A stretch of DNA of 64,000 bases from positions 1 through 64,000 of IMG/VR virus record IMGVR_UViG_3300026735_000021; one strand, written 5' to 3'. This document shows positions 36,369 through 46,992 of this stretch, in pieces (position 1 is the first letter of the stretch; each line of letters opens with the position of its first letter). The position numbers were made by a program, and so were the translations under genes. Below the pieces are notes generated by a model. That model had not been told where the DNA came from. It did not search any database and saw only the letters and a list, made by a program, of their open reading frames with translations. The DNA is from a virus. Lineage: Duplodnaviria > Caudoviricetes.

Positions 36369-38285
36369 ATGGCTAATGGAATTCACAACTTCGGCAAAGG
36401 AAATAACTCAGGTTCAAACTCAGGAGGGGGTACTAATGGTACACCCATTGGCGCAATGCCATCCGGTGGATCAGCGTTTGCCTCACAACAACCAACAACG
36501 CCTGACGTATTAGAAAACTATAACGAAAAAGCAAAAAACGGTGACTTCCATGAAGCCCTATTTCGCGATACTCAAATTATCCAACTCATGAGTGTTCTTA
36601 CCACAGCAATGCATCCAAATGCATTATTGACAGGAGCTGCCGGTGTTGGTAAAACTCAAATTGTTGAAGAAGTTGCCCGTCGACTTGCCAATAACGACCC
36701 TATTACAACAGCAATTCTAGGCGGATATACTATTTACGAATTGCAAGTAAGTAAACTTGTAGCGGGTAAATCTTACGTAGGACAACTTGAAGAAGCACTT
36801 CATGAAGTAATCGAATTTGCATCTGATCCTAACGAAAAAGCTATTCTTTTCATTGACGAAATTCATCAATTGATGTCAAGCTCAGATCCAACCAGCGAAA
36901 AAATTGCCCAAATTCTAAAACCAGCATTAGGTCGTAAAGATCTCCATGTTATTGGCGCAACAACAACACAAGAAGCGACTACGTTCCTAAAAGACCCAGC
37001 CTTTTCTCGTCGTTGGTCTACCGTTATTGTCCCAGAATTATCACCCGCTGAAACCGTTGAAATTATCAAAAATTTAAAACCCGCCTTGGAAAAACACCAC
37101 AACGTTGCAATTCCAGACAAAATTTTAGAGCAAATCATCACATTAGGTGATCAACATAAGCAATATGGTTCTCACCGTCCTGATACATCATTATCATTAA
37201 TTGACAGAGCAATGAGTGACGAAAACATCAACTTTGAAAAACTCAAAGAAGAAGCTAAAAATGACCCGATGATTAAACAATACGTATCATCCGTAAAAAT
37301 GCCTGTATTATCTATCACTCAGGTTAAAAAATCAGCAATGTCCTTAATCACTGGATCAGAAACAGCCTTTGATGCCAGTGCTGACGAACTTCGTACAACA
37401 TTTAATGAAACAATTATTGGGCAAGATGACGCTAAAGAAAAAATCATTAATTCAATTGAACGTATGAACTTAAAACTCACTCGTCGAACTAAACCTGTAA
37501 GTTTCCTATTTGTTGGACCTACAGGTACGGGTAAAACCGAAATCACAGAACAACTTGCCAAAACAATCTTTGGAAGTAAACGTCGAATGATTGAAATCAA
37601 TTTGACAGAATACAGTGACTCATCAGCATTGACTCGAATCACCGGGTCTAGTGACGGATATGTCGGCAGTACATCTAAACGCGAACTACCTTTTGATTCT
37701 CTTGAAGCAAATCCTTATCAAGTTATTCTTCTTGACGAATTTGAAAAAGGAAGTAAGGCTGTACAACGTTTCTTTATGCAAGCCTTAGACAAAGGTCGTG
37801 TAATGACTAACCGTAATAAAGAAATTGACTTCACTCGTACAATCATCATTGCTACAACAAATGCCGGAATGACCAAACTCAATGAAAAACAAGTTGGGTT
37901 TGGAAATAACAACAAAACATTAGCCTCTGTTGCCTCAGCCTCAGATATTAATAAAGCGTTAGAACAAAGTTTCGACACAGAATTGCTTAACCGTTTTGAA
38001 CACATTGTTACGTTCAAACCAATGACAAAAGAGCAATATACTCAAATCCTTGCCGTTAAATACAATCAAATCGTAAAAGAAGCAACAGAAAGCCGTCATG
38101 ACTTAGATTTAAACCCTAAATCAATTAACTTGGAAGACGCAACGTCATACGATGTATTGACCAAATTAGCAGATGAATCCTATCTTCCTGAATTCAACGG
38201 CCGACCAGCAAGTAAAACAATTAACAAATATATTGAGGATTTCATCCTCAATAATGCATCATTAACTAAGCTGGATTTATTATAA
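36369..38285 (+). CDS. Clp/Hsp100 ATPase with two NBDs and no N-domain
   Basis: GAAGVGKT/LFIDEIH and GPTGTGKT/LLDEFEK; Gly-rich unstructured N-terminus. Confidence 0.9.
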   Translation: MANGIHNFGKGNNSGSNSGGGTNGTPIGAMPSGGSAFASQQPTTPDVLENYNEKAKNGDFHEALFRDTQIIQLMSVLTTAMHPNALLTGAAGVGKTQIVEEVARRLANNDPITTAILGGYTIYELQVSKLVAGKSYVGQLEEALHEVIEFASDPNEKAILFIDEIHQLMSSSDPTSEKIAQILKPALGRKDLHVIGATTTQEATTFLKDPAFSRRWSTVIVPELSPAETVEIIKNLKPALEKHHNVAIPDKILEQIITLGDQHKQYGSHRPDTSLSLIDRAMSDENINFEKLKEEAKNDPMIKQYVSSVKMPVLSITQVKKSAMSLITGSETAFDASADELRTTFNETIIGQDDAKEKIINSIERMNLKLTRRTKPVSFLFVGPTGTGKTEITEQLAKTIFGSKRRMIEINLTEYSDSSALTRITGSSDGYVGSTSKRELPFDSLEANPYQVILLDEFEKGSKAVQRFFMQALDKGRVMTNRNKEIDFTRTIIIATTNAGMTKLNEKQVGFGNNNKTLASVASASDINKALEQSFDTELLNRFEHIVTFKPMTKEQYTQILAVKYNQIVKEATESRHDLDLNPKSINLEDATSYDVLTKLADESYLPEFNGRPASKTINKYIEDFILNNASLTKLDLL

Positions 38286-38312
38286 AAAACATTTTATGAG
38301 AATCACAGTATT

Positions 38313-38344
38313 GCAATTACTTGTGCTAGACTACAAGTAATTGC
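38313..38344. promoter_or_regulatory. Perfect 12-bp inverted repeat upstream of the UvrD-like gene
   Basis: GCAATTACTTGT-GCTAGACT-ACAAGTAATTGC with no T tract. Confidence 0.5.
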
Positions 38345-38386
38345 CGATTAGTTTAGTGAAAATTAAACATATAAGGAGAACACCTC

Positions 38387-41300
38387 ATGCCTATCGTTAT
38401 TGACTCTAATAAAGATTTCAATGAACAAATCACAGAACAAACAAAAATGATTGTAACTGATGTTACACCAAAATTTTTCAACTCTAATTTTACAGGTTCA
38501 CCTACTCGAAAAACCGGGCATTTCAATGCCGATACTGATTCTCTTTTAAGCTATAACCTAAAAGTGGCCAAAGCATTATACGATGCCAATGTAACCCGAT
38601 TAAATAGATACGAAAATAGTGTAAATGATAATGTTATTGATCCTATTTTTGAGAAACACCAAGAAGAACACAACACACAATTCAGATACTTTGCAAACGT
38701 ACCAACCATTGCAGTTGAACCTCGTTTGTTTATGTCGACGTCTGACATTATGGCTAAATCTGATGGCCTTGTCTTCGATCATGACTCTGAAGTAATGGAT
38801 ATTGCCACATCAGATAATTGGCCAGTTATTGCTGAAAACGATGACTTTAAAACTACAGGTCGAGTAATCATTGCATCAATGAAATTGTGGGAAAAAACAA
38901 TTCCAGCCAAATCATCAGGCTCAGGTAAAAATGTCCGTGTGTTGGCAGGACAACCTCTTGCTTACATGGCTCTAGTTACTAGAAGTAAAAATGAAGTACC
39001 TGACGCCAAAACAATCATCACACAAAAAGTAACAGAAGTAACCCCTCATCAAGCTGTTATGACTATTGCTTCACTCTACCCTGACCTGTCAAAAGGTCTT
39101 TCGTCACGAAATATTGCCGACAATGTTCGTATTCACATTTCTCGTACAATCGGAGCGCCAAAAACTAATTTACCAACCGCTGTTGTTCAAGATTATTCAA
39201 AAAATGCTTTATCAAATGTTGCAGCAAATCTAATTAACCCAGCTAGCATTTCAACAATGCTTGCAACGCAAGCATTCAAAGTAAAAAACAGCTTTGAATC
39301 AATCACATCAGATCTTATTAATGCGGTCTTAAATGCGAAAGCCTCATCTGGCTCTAATATTGACGAAACAATGACATCAACAATTGAATCAATTGTGTCA
39401 TATAATGAAGCTTTAGCCAATCTTGATGAATCTATTTTATCCACCGCATATCTCTCTGATTTATACAGTAAACTCAAAGGATCAAATCTCCCAAAAACTT
39501 CAATTAATGCTATCTCTAAACGTTCACTTCGGTTGTTGCTAGCTCAACGTCTTCACGATTTAAATGAATTAAACAAGGCTGATGGGCTTTATAAACTAGA
39601 TCCAATTGATCCAGCCATTTCAAAAAAATATTCTTCAAATCCAAATTATTCAGCGCAACAAAAACGAATCATTTTGACACAAGAGCCCCTTGTCATTGGT
39701 CAAGCTGGCGCGGGATCAGGGAAATCTCATACCCTTGTTGGTCGTATTAATTACATCAAAGATCAAGGGCAAGACTTAAAAAATGTATTAGTATTGTCAT
39801 TTACAAACGTTGCTGCAACCGTTATATCTAATCGTTTTCCTGGAATTAAAAGTGAAACATTAGCAAACATGTTCAATTCAATTTACAACGCATCTTATCC
39901 AAAACAAGCATTAAGTCAACCATCAACCGTAGCTAATAGTATTTCATTACTAAACCCATCAGCTAAAATCTTTTCACTTAAAGGTTATTCTGTAGCAACG
40001 GTAATGGAGTTCATTGATACATTTTCATCAGCTGTTCGCAAATTTGACCAAACAGGATTCAAACGAGTAAACTTACAAGAAGTAACACGCGATGTAGCCA
40101 AAATTATTGAATCAAACATGGAACTAACCGAAATTGTATTAGATGCAATCGAACAAACAACCCTTGAGTTGCAACCAATTATTATCCATAATCAATTATT
40201 GGAATCAAATGCCAATCTTACAATCCCCGATAGATACCAAGATTTGAAATATATTATCACAGATGAATCACAAGATATTTCAACATTTGAATACATCTTA
40301 CTTCTTGAATTAACCATTCACTACAAGAGCCAATTACTTATCATTGGCGATGGCTCTCAAACCCTGTATGAATTCCGTAACTCTGACCCAAGATACATGA
40401 ATGCCCTCGAAGCGTCTGATGTATTTACATCATACAAACTTGATGTAAACTATCGATCAAATCAAGAAATTCTAACATTTGCAAATCAATTCTTACAAGT
40501 TATTGAAGCAAATGATCTTGCTCAAATCCAGTTGTCAGCATCGTCATTCAATATTCCAACTGTAGATTCTTTCAAAGAATCAATCAAAATTAAGAACAAC
40601 ATTATGCTATCTGCTAGACAATCAGATTATAATGAATCAATTGCCGATTTTGTTGAAAAAAGTGATGATTTCATCAATTGGGTATTACCAAAACTTCAAA
40701 ACAAAGAACAAGTTGCAATCTTAGGTTGGACTCGAGCTGAAGTTATTGCGGCATCAGAAGCACTCCAACGCTTAATGATCAAAAATAACCTTGATATTCC
40801 TATCACAAATATTATGTCAGATAATGAACGACCACTAACTATCATTTCGGATATTGTCGCTCAAGCACATAAAAACATTCTAAACATTAGTACATCATCA
40901 TCAGCTTATACATCACTCATTACAAAAGAACTGAAAGATCAAGTTGCTATAAAATACAATAAAGCATCACCTAAACAATTAGCATTCTTTGAGTCAGTTA
41001 TTGTATCAGCTATTACTCAAGTAACAAATGATCAAGCATGGAAAATCATGTTAACAGAAACTCGATCAGGGAAACAATCACGCCAAGCATTGGTTGGACA
41101 TCTTACTCGAGAACTTCTTCGAATTGAAACACGCAAAAATGCGATGGATCAATACCTTAATAAAAATAATGAAATTCCAAACTACGACGAATGTCCAATC
41201 ATTGTATCAACAATTCATGGAGCTAAAGGTCTTGAATTCGATCATACCATTGTATTATTTAACCAAAAGAAAAAGAACAGCACAAGTCAAGAAAGTCTTC

Positions 41301-41500
41301 GTATGTTCTTCGTGGCCCTTAGTCGTGCTAAGAAATCAGAATACATTATTAACTCAACAGTTGTTGGAACCCCAACCTCAGCCACATCTTTATTATCTAA
41401 TATGTTCGAAGATCCAATGCATACAGCATATCTAAGATCAATTATCGATATTGAAGATGCCCAATCTGCGCAAGCCAACCAACAAAATGAGACTACATAA
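38387..41500 (+). CDS. UvrD/REP-like SF1 helicase with a long uncharacterised N-terminal region
   Basis: AGAGSGKS, ITDESQD, VNYRS, STIHGAKGLEFD, FVALSRAK. Confidence 0.88.
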   Translation: MPIVIDSNKDFNEQITEQTKMIVTDVTPKFFNSNFTGSPTRKTGHFNADTDSLLSYNLKVAKALYDANVTRLNRYENSVNDNVIDPIFEKHQEEHNTQFRYFANVPTIAVEPRLFMSTSDIMAKSDGLVFDHDSEVMDIATSDNWPVIAENDDFKTTGRVIIASMKLWEKTIPAKSSGSGKNVRVLAGQPLAYMALVTRSKNEVPDAKTIITQKVTEVTPHQAVMTIASLYPDLSKGLSSRNIADNVRIHISRTIGAPKTNLPTAVVQDYSKNALSNVAANLINPASISTMLATQAFKVKNSFESITSDLINAVLNAKASSGSNIDETMTSTIESIVSYNEALANLDESILSTAYLSDLYSKLKGSNLPKTSINAISKRSLRLLLAQRLHDLNELNKADGLYKLDPIDPAISKKYSSNPNYSAQQKRIILTQEPLVIGQAGAGSGKSHTLVGRINYIKDQGQDLKNVLVLSFTNVAATVISNRFPGIKSETLANMFNSIYNASYPKQALSQPSTVANSISLLNPSAKIFSLKGYSVATVMEFIDTFSSAVRKFDQTGFKRVNLQEVTRDVAKIIESNMELTEIVLDAIEQTTLELQPIIIHNQLLESNANLTIPDRYQDLKYIITDESQDISTFEYILLLELTIHYKSQLLIIGDGSQTLYEFRNSDPRYMNALEASDVFTSYKLDVNYRSNQEILTFANQFLQVIEANDLAQIQLSASSFNIPTVDSFKESIKIKNNIMLSARQSDYNESIADFVEKSDDFINWVLPKLQNKEQVAILGWTRAEVIAASEALQRLMIKNNLDIPITNIMSDNERPLTIISDIVAQAHKNILNISTSSSAYTSLITKELKDQVAIKYNKASPKQLAFFESVIVSAITQVTNDQAWKIMLTETRSGKQSRQALVGHLTRELLRIETRKNAMDQYLNKNNEIPNYDECPIIVSTIHGAKGLEFDHTIVLFNQKKKNSTSQESLRMFFVALSRAKKSEYIINSTVVGTPTSATSLLSNMFEDPMHTAYLRSIIDIEDAQSAQANQQNETT

Positions 41501-41517
41501 GTAGTCTCTCTTTTTTT
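41489..41517 (+). terminator. Intrinsic terminator
   Basis: GAGACTAC-ATAA-GTAGTCTC plus T tract. Confidence 0.8.
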
Positions 41518-41872
41518 ATATTACAGTTCGTAAAAACCATGTAAAATGTGAAGTTACGTTAATACCCATTTATCTGAATCTTGTTCAGATTAACGATAAA
41601 TGAAATAAGGGCATACTGCCTACCTTTATCCAGTTAACATTTCTGTTTTCCAGACTATTAGTTTTTTTTATTGATCGTCTCAGACGGTGTCACTAATATG
41701 TAAATGAAACATCTACATCTATAGAATAACATTAATATATATAAATGTCAACTATAATGTAGAAAAAAAACATCATAAGCATAAAAATGAAAAGCAGAAG
41801 AAAACACGTTCAAATACAAGCAACTTATAGTAAAATATCACCTATTGGGTGTCATCAATGAAAGGATATCCC

Positions 41873-42613
41873 ATGATTGATATTCATAGCCATATATTAC
41901 CGAGAATCGATGATGGGGCCAAATCCTCATCAGAAACATTAGATTTACTAAAAAAAGCTGAAAAAGAAGGAATTTCATCAATAATTGCCACGCCTCATAA
42001 AAACCCTGAATTTAAGCCATCTATTGACACAATTACATCATTAGTAAACAAAACAAACACAATTGCTCAAAATAATAACCTTGATATAAATGTTTTAGTA
42101 GGGCAAGAAATCAGATTGTACGAAAATCTTGTATCTGATTTAGAAAACAACAATTTGTTAACATTAAATCAATCAAAATACATTTTAATCGAATTTCCAT
42201 CAAATAATGTACCCTATTATGCTCAAGACATTTGCTACCAACTACAAATGAGTAAATACCAACCCATTATCGTTCATCCCGAACGTAATACCGATATCAT
42301 AAAAAATCCAAATATTTTATATGATTTAGTCCAGCATGGGGCATTAGCTCAAATCACAGCCGGAAGTATCATCGGTAAGTTTGGGTCAAAAGCTAAAAAA
42401 ACAGCATTTAAATTGATAGAGCATGAATTGATTCATTTTATCGCAAGTGATACCCATCATTTAAAAACAAAAGATTTTCATATGAAAGCTGCTACAAAAA
42501 AATTATCTAAAATATACGGGCAGTATTATACTCAATATTTAATAGATAATGCAAAAAAACTTGTAAACAATGAAACGATTCAACCAGGCTATCCTCAACC
42601 TATTCGGAGATAG
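41873..42613 (+). CDS. cpsB: CpsB/CapC (YwqE)-like PHP tyrosine-protein phosphatase
   Basis: MIDIHSHILP, DDG, IATPH, GQEIR, VHPERN, FIASDTH; ATG 41873 with RBS GAAAGGA. Confidence 0.92.
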   Translation: MIDIHSHILPRIDDGAKSSSETLDLLKKAEKEGISSIIATPHKNPEFKPSIDTITSLVNKTNTIAQNNNLDINVLVGQEIRLYENLVSDLENNNLLTLNQSKYILIEFPSNNVPYYAQDICYQLQMSKYQPIIVHPERNTDIIKNPNILYDLVQHGALAQITAGSIIGKFGSKAKKTAFKLIEHELIHFIASDTHHLKTKDFHMKAATKKLSKIYGQYYTQYLIDNAKKLVNNETIQPGYPQPIRR

Positions 42614-42740
42614 AAAGAGTTCAACGTGAATCAATACTCAAAAACGCTTTATCAAACAAATTATTGAAAACTCAAACATAAACTTACAGTAAAATCAAAC
42701 AATTTAATACTGAGTTTCAATCAATTATTAAAGGACTATT

Positions 42741-43478
42741 ATGATTCCAAAAATTATTCACTATTGCTGGTTTGGCGGCAAAGATCTACCTAAAAATGTA
42801 CAAAAATGCATTGAATCTTGGCGAAAATTTGCACCAGACTATAAAATTAAGCGCTGGGACGAATCAAATTTAGATGTCAATGCCAATATTTATACTAAAG
42901 AAGCTTATAAACACAAGAAATATATCTTCGTATCAGACGTTGCTCGACTTTCCGTCGTAGCCAAATATGGCGGTTTTTACCTCGATACCGACGTAGAACT
43001 CATTAAACCCCTTGACGAACTTCGTAAATATGACGCTTTCATGGGAATTGAATCAGGAAAAACAAATGTTAATACAGGTCTAGGTTTTGGAGCCATTCCA
43101 AATCATCCTGTTATTATTGAAAACATGAACATGTACAAACATCGTTCATTTATTGATCATAAATCAGGCAAAATAGATTTAACCACAGGCATTACAATTA
43201 CAAAACAAGCTCTAGCCCAAATGCTTCCATCATTTGAAGTAACAAATGAGCCCGTAACCATATCTATGTCAAAAACATCATTAAAATTCACAATCCTGCC
43301 AATTGACTATCTATGTCCATACAATAGGGCATCAGGTAAAACACACATTACAGACAAGACTATATCAATTCACCATTATGATACATCCTGGAAATCAAAA
43401 AAAAGACAAATTTTTGAGATTAAAATTCGTCAAATACTCGGAGATCACATATATGACAAAATTAAATCACTAAAATAA
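42741..43478 (+). CDS. Glycosyltransferase family 32 (DXD)
   Basis: MIPKIIHYCWFGG, FVSDVAR, GGFYLDTDVE, HHYDTSW. Confidence 0.92.
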   Translation: MIPKIIHYCWFGGKDLPKNVQKCIESWRKFAPDYKIKRWDESNLDVNANIYTKEAYKHKKYIFVSDVARLSVVAKYGGFYLDTDVELIKPLDELRKYDAFMGIESGKTNVNTGLGFGAIPNHPVIIENMNMYKHRSFIDHKSGKIDLTTGITITKQALAQMLPSFEVTNEPVTISMSKTSLKFTILPIDYLCPYNRASGKTHITDKTISIHHYDTSWKSKKRQIFEIKIRQILGDHIYDKIKSLK

Positions 43479-43962
43479 GGACAAATAATGAAACTATCAT
43501 ATCCACAAGTACAAGCTCTCAAGTAAACATTATCTCAATTGATTGACGCAGACCCAAATCAAGGAAATCTTACTATTGAAAACATAACATCCCCAACAAT
43601 GGAATACTTCGTTAAATTGTTTTCAAAATGTAAACCCACATCCCCACTAACGATAGCCTCATTATTTTACTTTATTGACGAACAATTACAAACAGCACAA
43701 ATCAGACTAGAAGAAGATCTTAATTGAATTTCACAAAACCCATTTAGATTGGGAAATATCATCAGTTTCAAAATAAATATTAAATATTTAACACTAATCG
43801 CAGCATTATACGCAATAACATCTATTTTCTATTCTCTATTTTTACCATTATCAAAATAAATTGAGTATCAATTGTTGCTACAACATTAATGCTAATTGTA
43901 CTTTTAATTAACACCAATAAATTATTAAAGGTTAAACTTTAAACCGAAAAGGAATAAAAAAA

Positions 43963-44508
43963 ATGACATCAAACATTATTAACGACATCAAACGCCTCAA
44001 CATCTCAATTGACTCAGTAGAATACGACATCACGATTACAACCCCTGTAAATTTAGATGATTTACAATCAGCTGATAACCTACAATATGCTTTTGACTAT
44101 CCTCAAATCGATCCAAATACAAATCAACCTAAAATGGAAATCACAGGAGACAATGCTACATCGAGCGCCAATATTAATCTTAATGATTTTAATATTATTG
44201 TTCAAGATATTGCATTTGACGACCTCAAAGATGTTTTATCAGATATCATTCCATTCATGGACACAATCAATCGTATCAAAGAATACAAAAAGCCAATTTA
44301 CATCAAATTACCAAATGAAGAAGAATCTATTGAAATTGATATGATCATTCCCGTACCGAATGGACTCTCTCTTAAAATCGTCAATTGGGGAACTACAAAT
44401 CTACTAAAAGGAACACCAATCACCATTGAATTTGATGGAAAAATTGAAACAGTAATTGACAACACAGATTTGCTGAAACTTTTCAAAAATATCGCTCAAA
44501 ACCTATAA
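43963..44508 (+). CDS. Hypothetical acidic protein
   Basis: ORF with RBS AAGGA. Confidence 0.65.
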   Translation: MTSNIINDIKRLNISIDSVEYDITITTPVNLDDLQSADNLQYAFDYPQIDPNTNQPKMEITGDNATSSANINLNDFNIIVQDIAFDDLKDVLSDIIPFMDTINRIKEYKKPIYIKLPNEEESIEIDMIIPVPNGLSLKIVNWGTTNLLKGTPITIEFDGKIETVIDNTDLLKLFKNIAQNL

Positions 44509-44560
44509 TTGACAAGATATAATTTGTTATGCTAAACTATATTAAAATATAAACAATCAG

Positions 44561-45313
44561 TTGAAAGGAACTTCACAAGTTATGTACCCATCAAAATCAC
44601 TCATTACATTCGATCCGAAAAAATCTAAACCATTAGCAAAAAAGAATATTCTTCCAGGTGAATCTGTCATTACGATTCATCCAGGATTAAAGTATCCATT
44701 CAAAGGCTGTATTGTTAAATGTTTAGAACACACAGCAATCATTGAAATTACAGAAACTGTTAATATTCCCCAATCTAAAGATCCATCCGATAAAGCATTA
44801 GGTATTATGTTAAACAATAGAGTACTTGTTGCCTTTAATGAAATTTATAATTCAGACATCTTATGCCCATCCAATCATTTTATTAATCTTATGACCGAAA
44901 TTGATGACATTAAAAACGAAAAAAATAAAATTTATAATGAAATTAATTCAAAATTAGCTAAAATTGAAAATTTGAAAGAAGCAAACTTAGCCCTTCAATC
45001 AGTATTAGAACAAAAATGGAAAGATATTCGAAAATTCACAAAAGAATCAACAGCGCCTGAACTAACACCCGAATATCTATTAAATAACTGGACAAAAGAT
45101 GCACTAAAAGATAAACAACCGCAAATTGCTACAGCAAAACAAAACCGAGATGTAGCCCAAAATGAATTCGAAGTTACTCAAAACCAATTTGATGCCAATA
45201 CTTTATCAATGCAGTTTGCCCGACAAGAAATTAGTAATCTTAAACATAACCTAAATAATCTCGAGTCAAAACTAAACATTTTATCCTTGGCTAATAATCA
45301 AATGGCTATTTAA
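44561..45313 (+). CDS. Hypothetical protein (small beta domain plus coiled coil)
   Basis: N-terminal KOW/DUF2187-like segment GCIVKCLEHTAIIEI; C-terminal coiled coil. Confidence 0.55.
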   Translation: MKGTSQVMYPSKSLITFDPKKSKPLAKKNILPGESVITIHPGLKYPFKGCIVKCLEHTAIIEITETVNIPQSKDPSDKALGIMLNNRVLVAFNEIYNSDILCPSNHFINLMTEIDDIKNEKNKIYNEINSKLAKIENLKEANLALQSVLEQKWKDIRKFTKESTAPELTPEYLLNNWTKDALKDKQPQIATAKQNRDVAQNEFEVTQNQFDANTLSMQFARQEISNLKHNLNNLESKLNILSLANNQMAI

Positions 45314-45382
45314 ATATCTATTAAGTAACCATATCTTGAAATCAATGATATAATTAAAAGACATCATATTGATGTCTTTTTT

Positions 45383-46108
45383 TTGAAAGGAATCAAAATG
45401 CACACTAAAATCACATTTCAATCAGAAACCGACTGTATTACTATTAAATCATTAATGGGGATTATACCCAATTCAATAATCGATCCTAATATACTTATAC
45501 CAAAACCAAAAATACTCGAAGAATTTACATCAAGTGTAAATACAGATAAAAGTCAACAGTATGTGGCCTACTATTTGTCATCACTTCCAAAAAATATTCG
45601 AGATAAAATGCTTATTAAATTAAATAAAATACACCTTAATGACTCGGACAAAAGCGAACGCGATAACATTGAACCAAAAATAAACCAATTTTTGCACCCA
45701 TTATTATTATTAGAATGGCTTCGTATAAATAAATCATACGGATATGGCTACACCATATCAAATCAAAAAGAAATAGGAAAAAAATTGTTTGAAGCCATAA
45801 TTTCATGCCAATCTTATGACCTACCTCAATGGCTATTTTCTAATTGGGGAACAAAATGGCAACCAGAATTAGTATCTCAATCAGATCTGTCTATTTTATT
45901 CATTACGGCTGACACTCACCCATTTAAATATATAAGGAAATTATCGGAAAAAGCACCAAATATAGAAATGTATATTGATTTTGCTGATGAATCTCCTTTC
46001 AATAATACATTTGGAAACTATCTCATTCATAATGGTAATACCTCGATATTAGAACAAAAACCAAAATATGAAATTTTATCAAAAATAAAAAAAGGATATA
46101 ATTCATGA
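45383..46108 (+). CDS. DUF1281/YubB-like protein
   Basis: WLFSNWGTKW...FITA.T.P motif; likely ATG 45398. Confidence 0.65.
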   Translation: MKGIKMHTKITFQSETDCITIKSLMGIIPNSIIDPNILIPKPKILEEFTSSVNTDKSQQYVAYYLSSLPKNIRDKMLIKLNKIHLNDSDKSERDNIEPKINQFLHPLLLLEWLRINKSYGYGYTISNQKEIGKKLFEAIISCQSYDLPQWLFSNWGTKWQPELVSQSDLSILFITADTHPFKYIRKLSEKAPNIEMYIDFADESPFNNTFGNYLIHNGNTSILEQKPKYEILSKIKKGYNS

Positions 46109-46983
46109 AAAAAATTACCACAATATCAATTGCATTATTAGCTGCACTTTTAACTCTAACCGGTTGTTCTCAAATTAAAAACAATATTGACATCAAAAAA
46201 CAAGATGACAAATCAAAAACAGTAAACATTACCCAGCCATCAGTTGACAGCCACAAGAATTGGCCCAACCAAGCAACCGCAGCATATATCAGAGACAAAG
46301 ATGATATCAATAATATCACTAAATATCCAGAATATCATAAAGAAGTCAAGCCATTCATCACAACAAATGACCACGTAAAAACAAAAGAACAATGGACAAG
46401 GTACGACAAGCTTGACTCATTAGGTCGAGCTACAATGGCTACAGGTCTAATCAACAAAAATACACTTCTTGCTCAAAAAGATCTTGGCCGTCCACCCTTT
46501 TCTTCATCTTTAGTTATTGCCGGTGAACGCACCCCTAATCGTTTCACAGATAAATGGGAAAACGTATCAGGGTCTAAATCAAACAATCAAAAAGTCAATT
46601 TAAAAATGGCTAAATCATCATACAATGGTTGGCTTTATAACAAAAGCCATTTATTAGCATGGTCTCTAGGTGGAGATATGACCGACCATAATCTTATTCT
46701 CGGAACTCGTGCTCAAAATGTAGGATCAAACTACTCAAAAGACCCGGGTGGAATGAGCTATATCGAAACAAAAACTCGAGACTACCTTTATGCTAATGAT
46801 AAAGCTATAGTATTATATACAGCAATTCCCGTATATGACGGTGATGAATTATTACCTCGTGCTGTTTATGTTGAAGCCTATGATATTGATAATCCATCTA
46901 AATTTTCAATTGGAACATGGATATCAAATCAACAACAAGGTGTGTCTATTAACTACACCACAGGTGAAGCCAAAATCAAATAA
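46105..46983 (+). CDS. DNA/RNA non-specific endonuclease lipoprotein (streptodornase-like)
   Basis: Lipobox LTLTGC, LDSLGRAT, KSHLLAWSLGG, NLILGTRAQN, PVYDGDELLPR. Confidence 0.88.
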   Translation: MKKITTISIALLAALLTLTGCSQIKNNIDIKKQDDKSKTVNITQPSVDSHKNWPNQATAAYIRDKDDINNITKYPEYHKEVKPFITTNDHVKTKEQWTRYDKLDSLGRATMATGLINKNTLLAQKDLGRPPFSSSLVIAGERTPNRFTDKWENVSGSKSNNQKVNLKMAKSSYNGWLYNKSHLLAWSLGGDMTDHNLILGTRAQNVGSNYSKDPGGMSYIETKTRDYLYANDKAIVLYTAIPVYDGDELLPRAVYVEAYDIDNPSKFSIGTWISNQQQGVSINYTTGEAKIK

Positions 46984-46992
46984 GGAGCAATA

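Noticed and set aside
43488-43860. Short ORFs after the glycosyltransferase (62-aa TTG ORF and a possible hydrophobic peptide)
   Set aside because: Weak starts and no motif; they could be a frameshifted remnant but cannot be supported.
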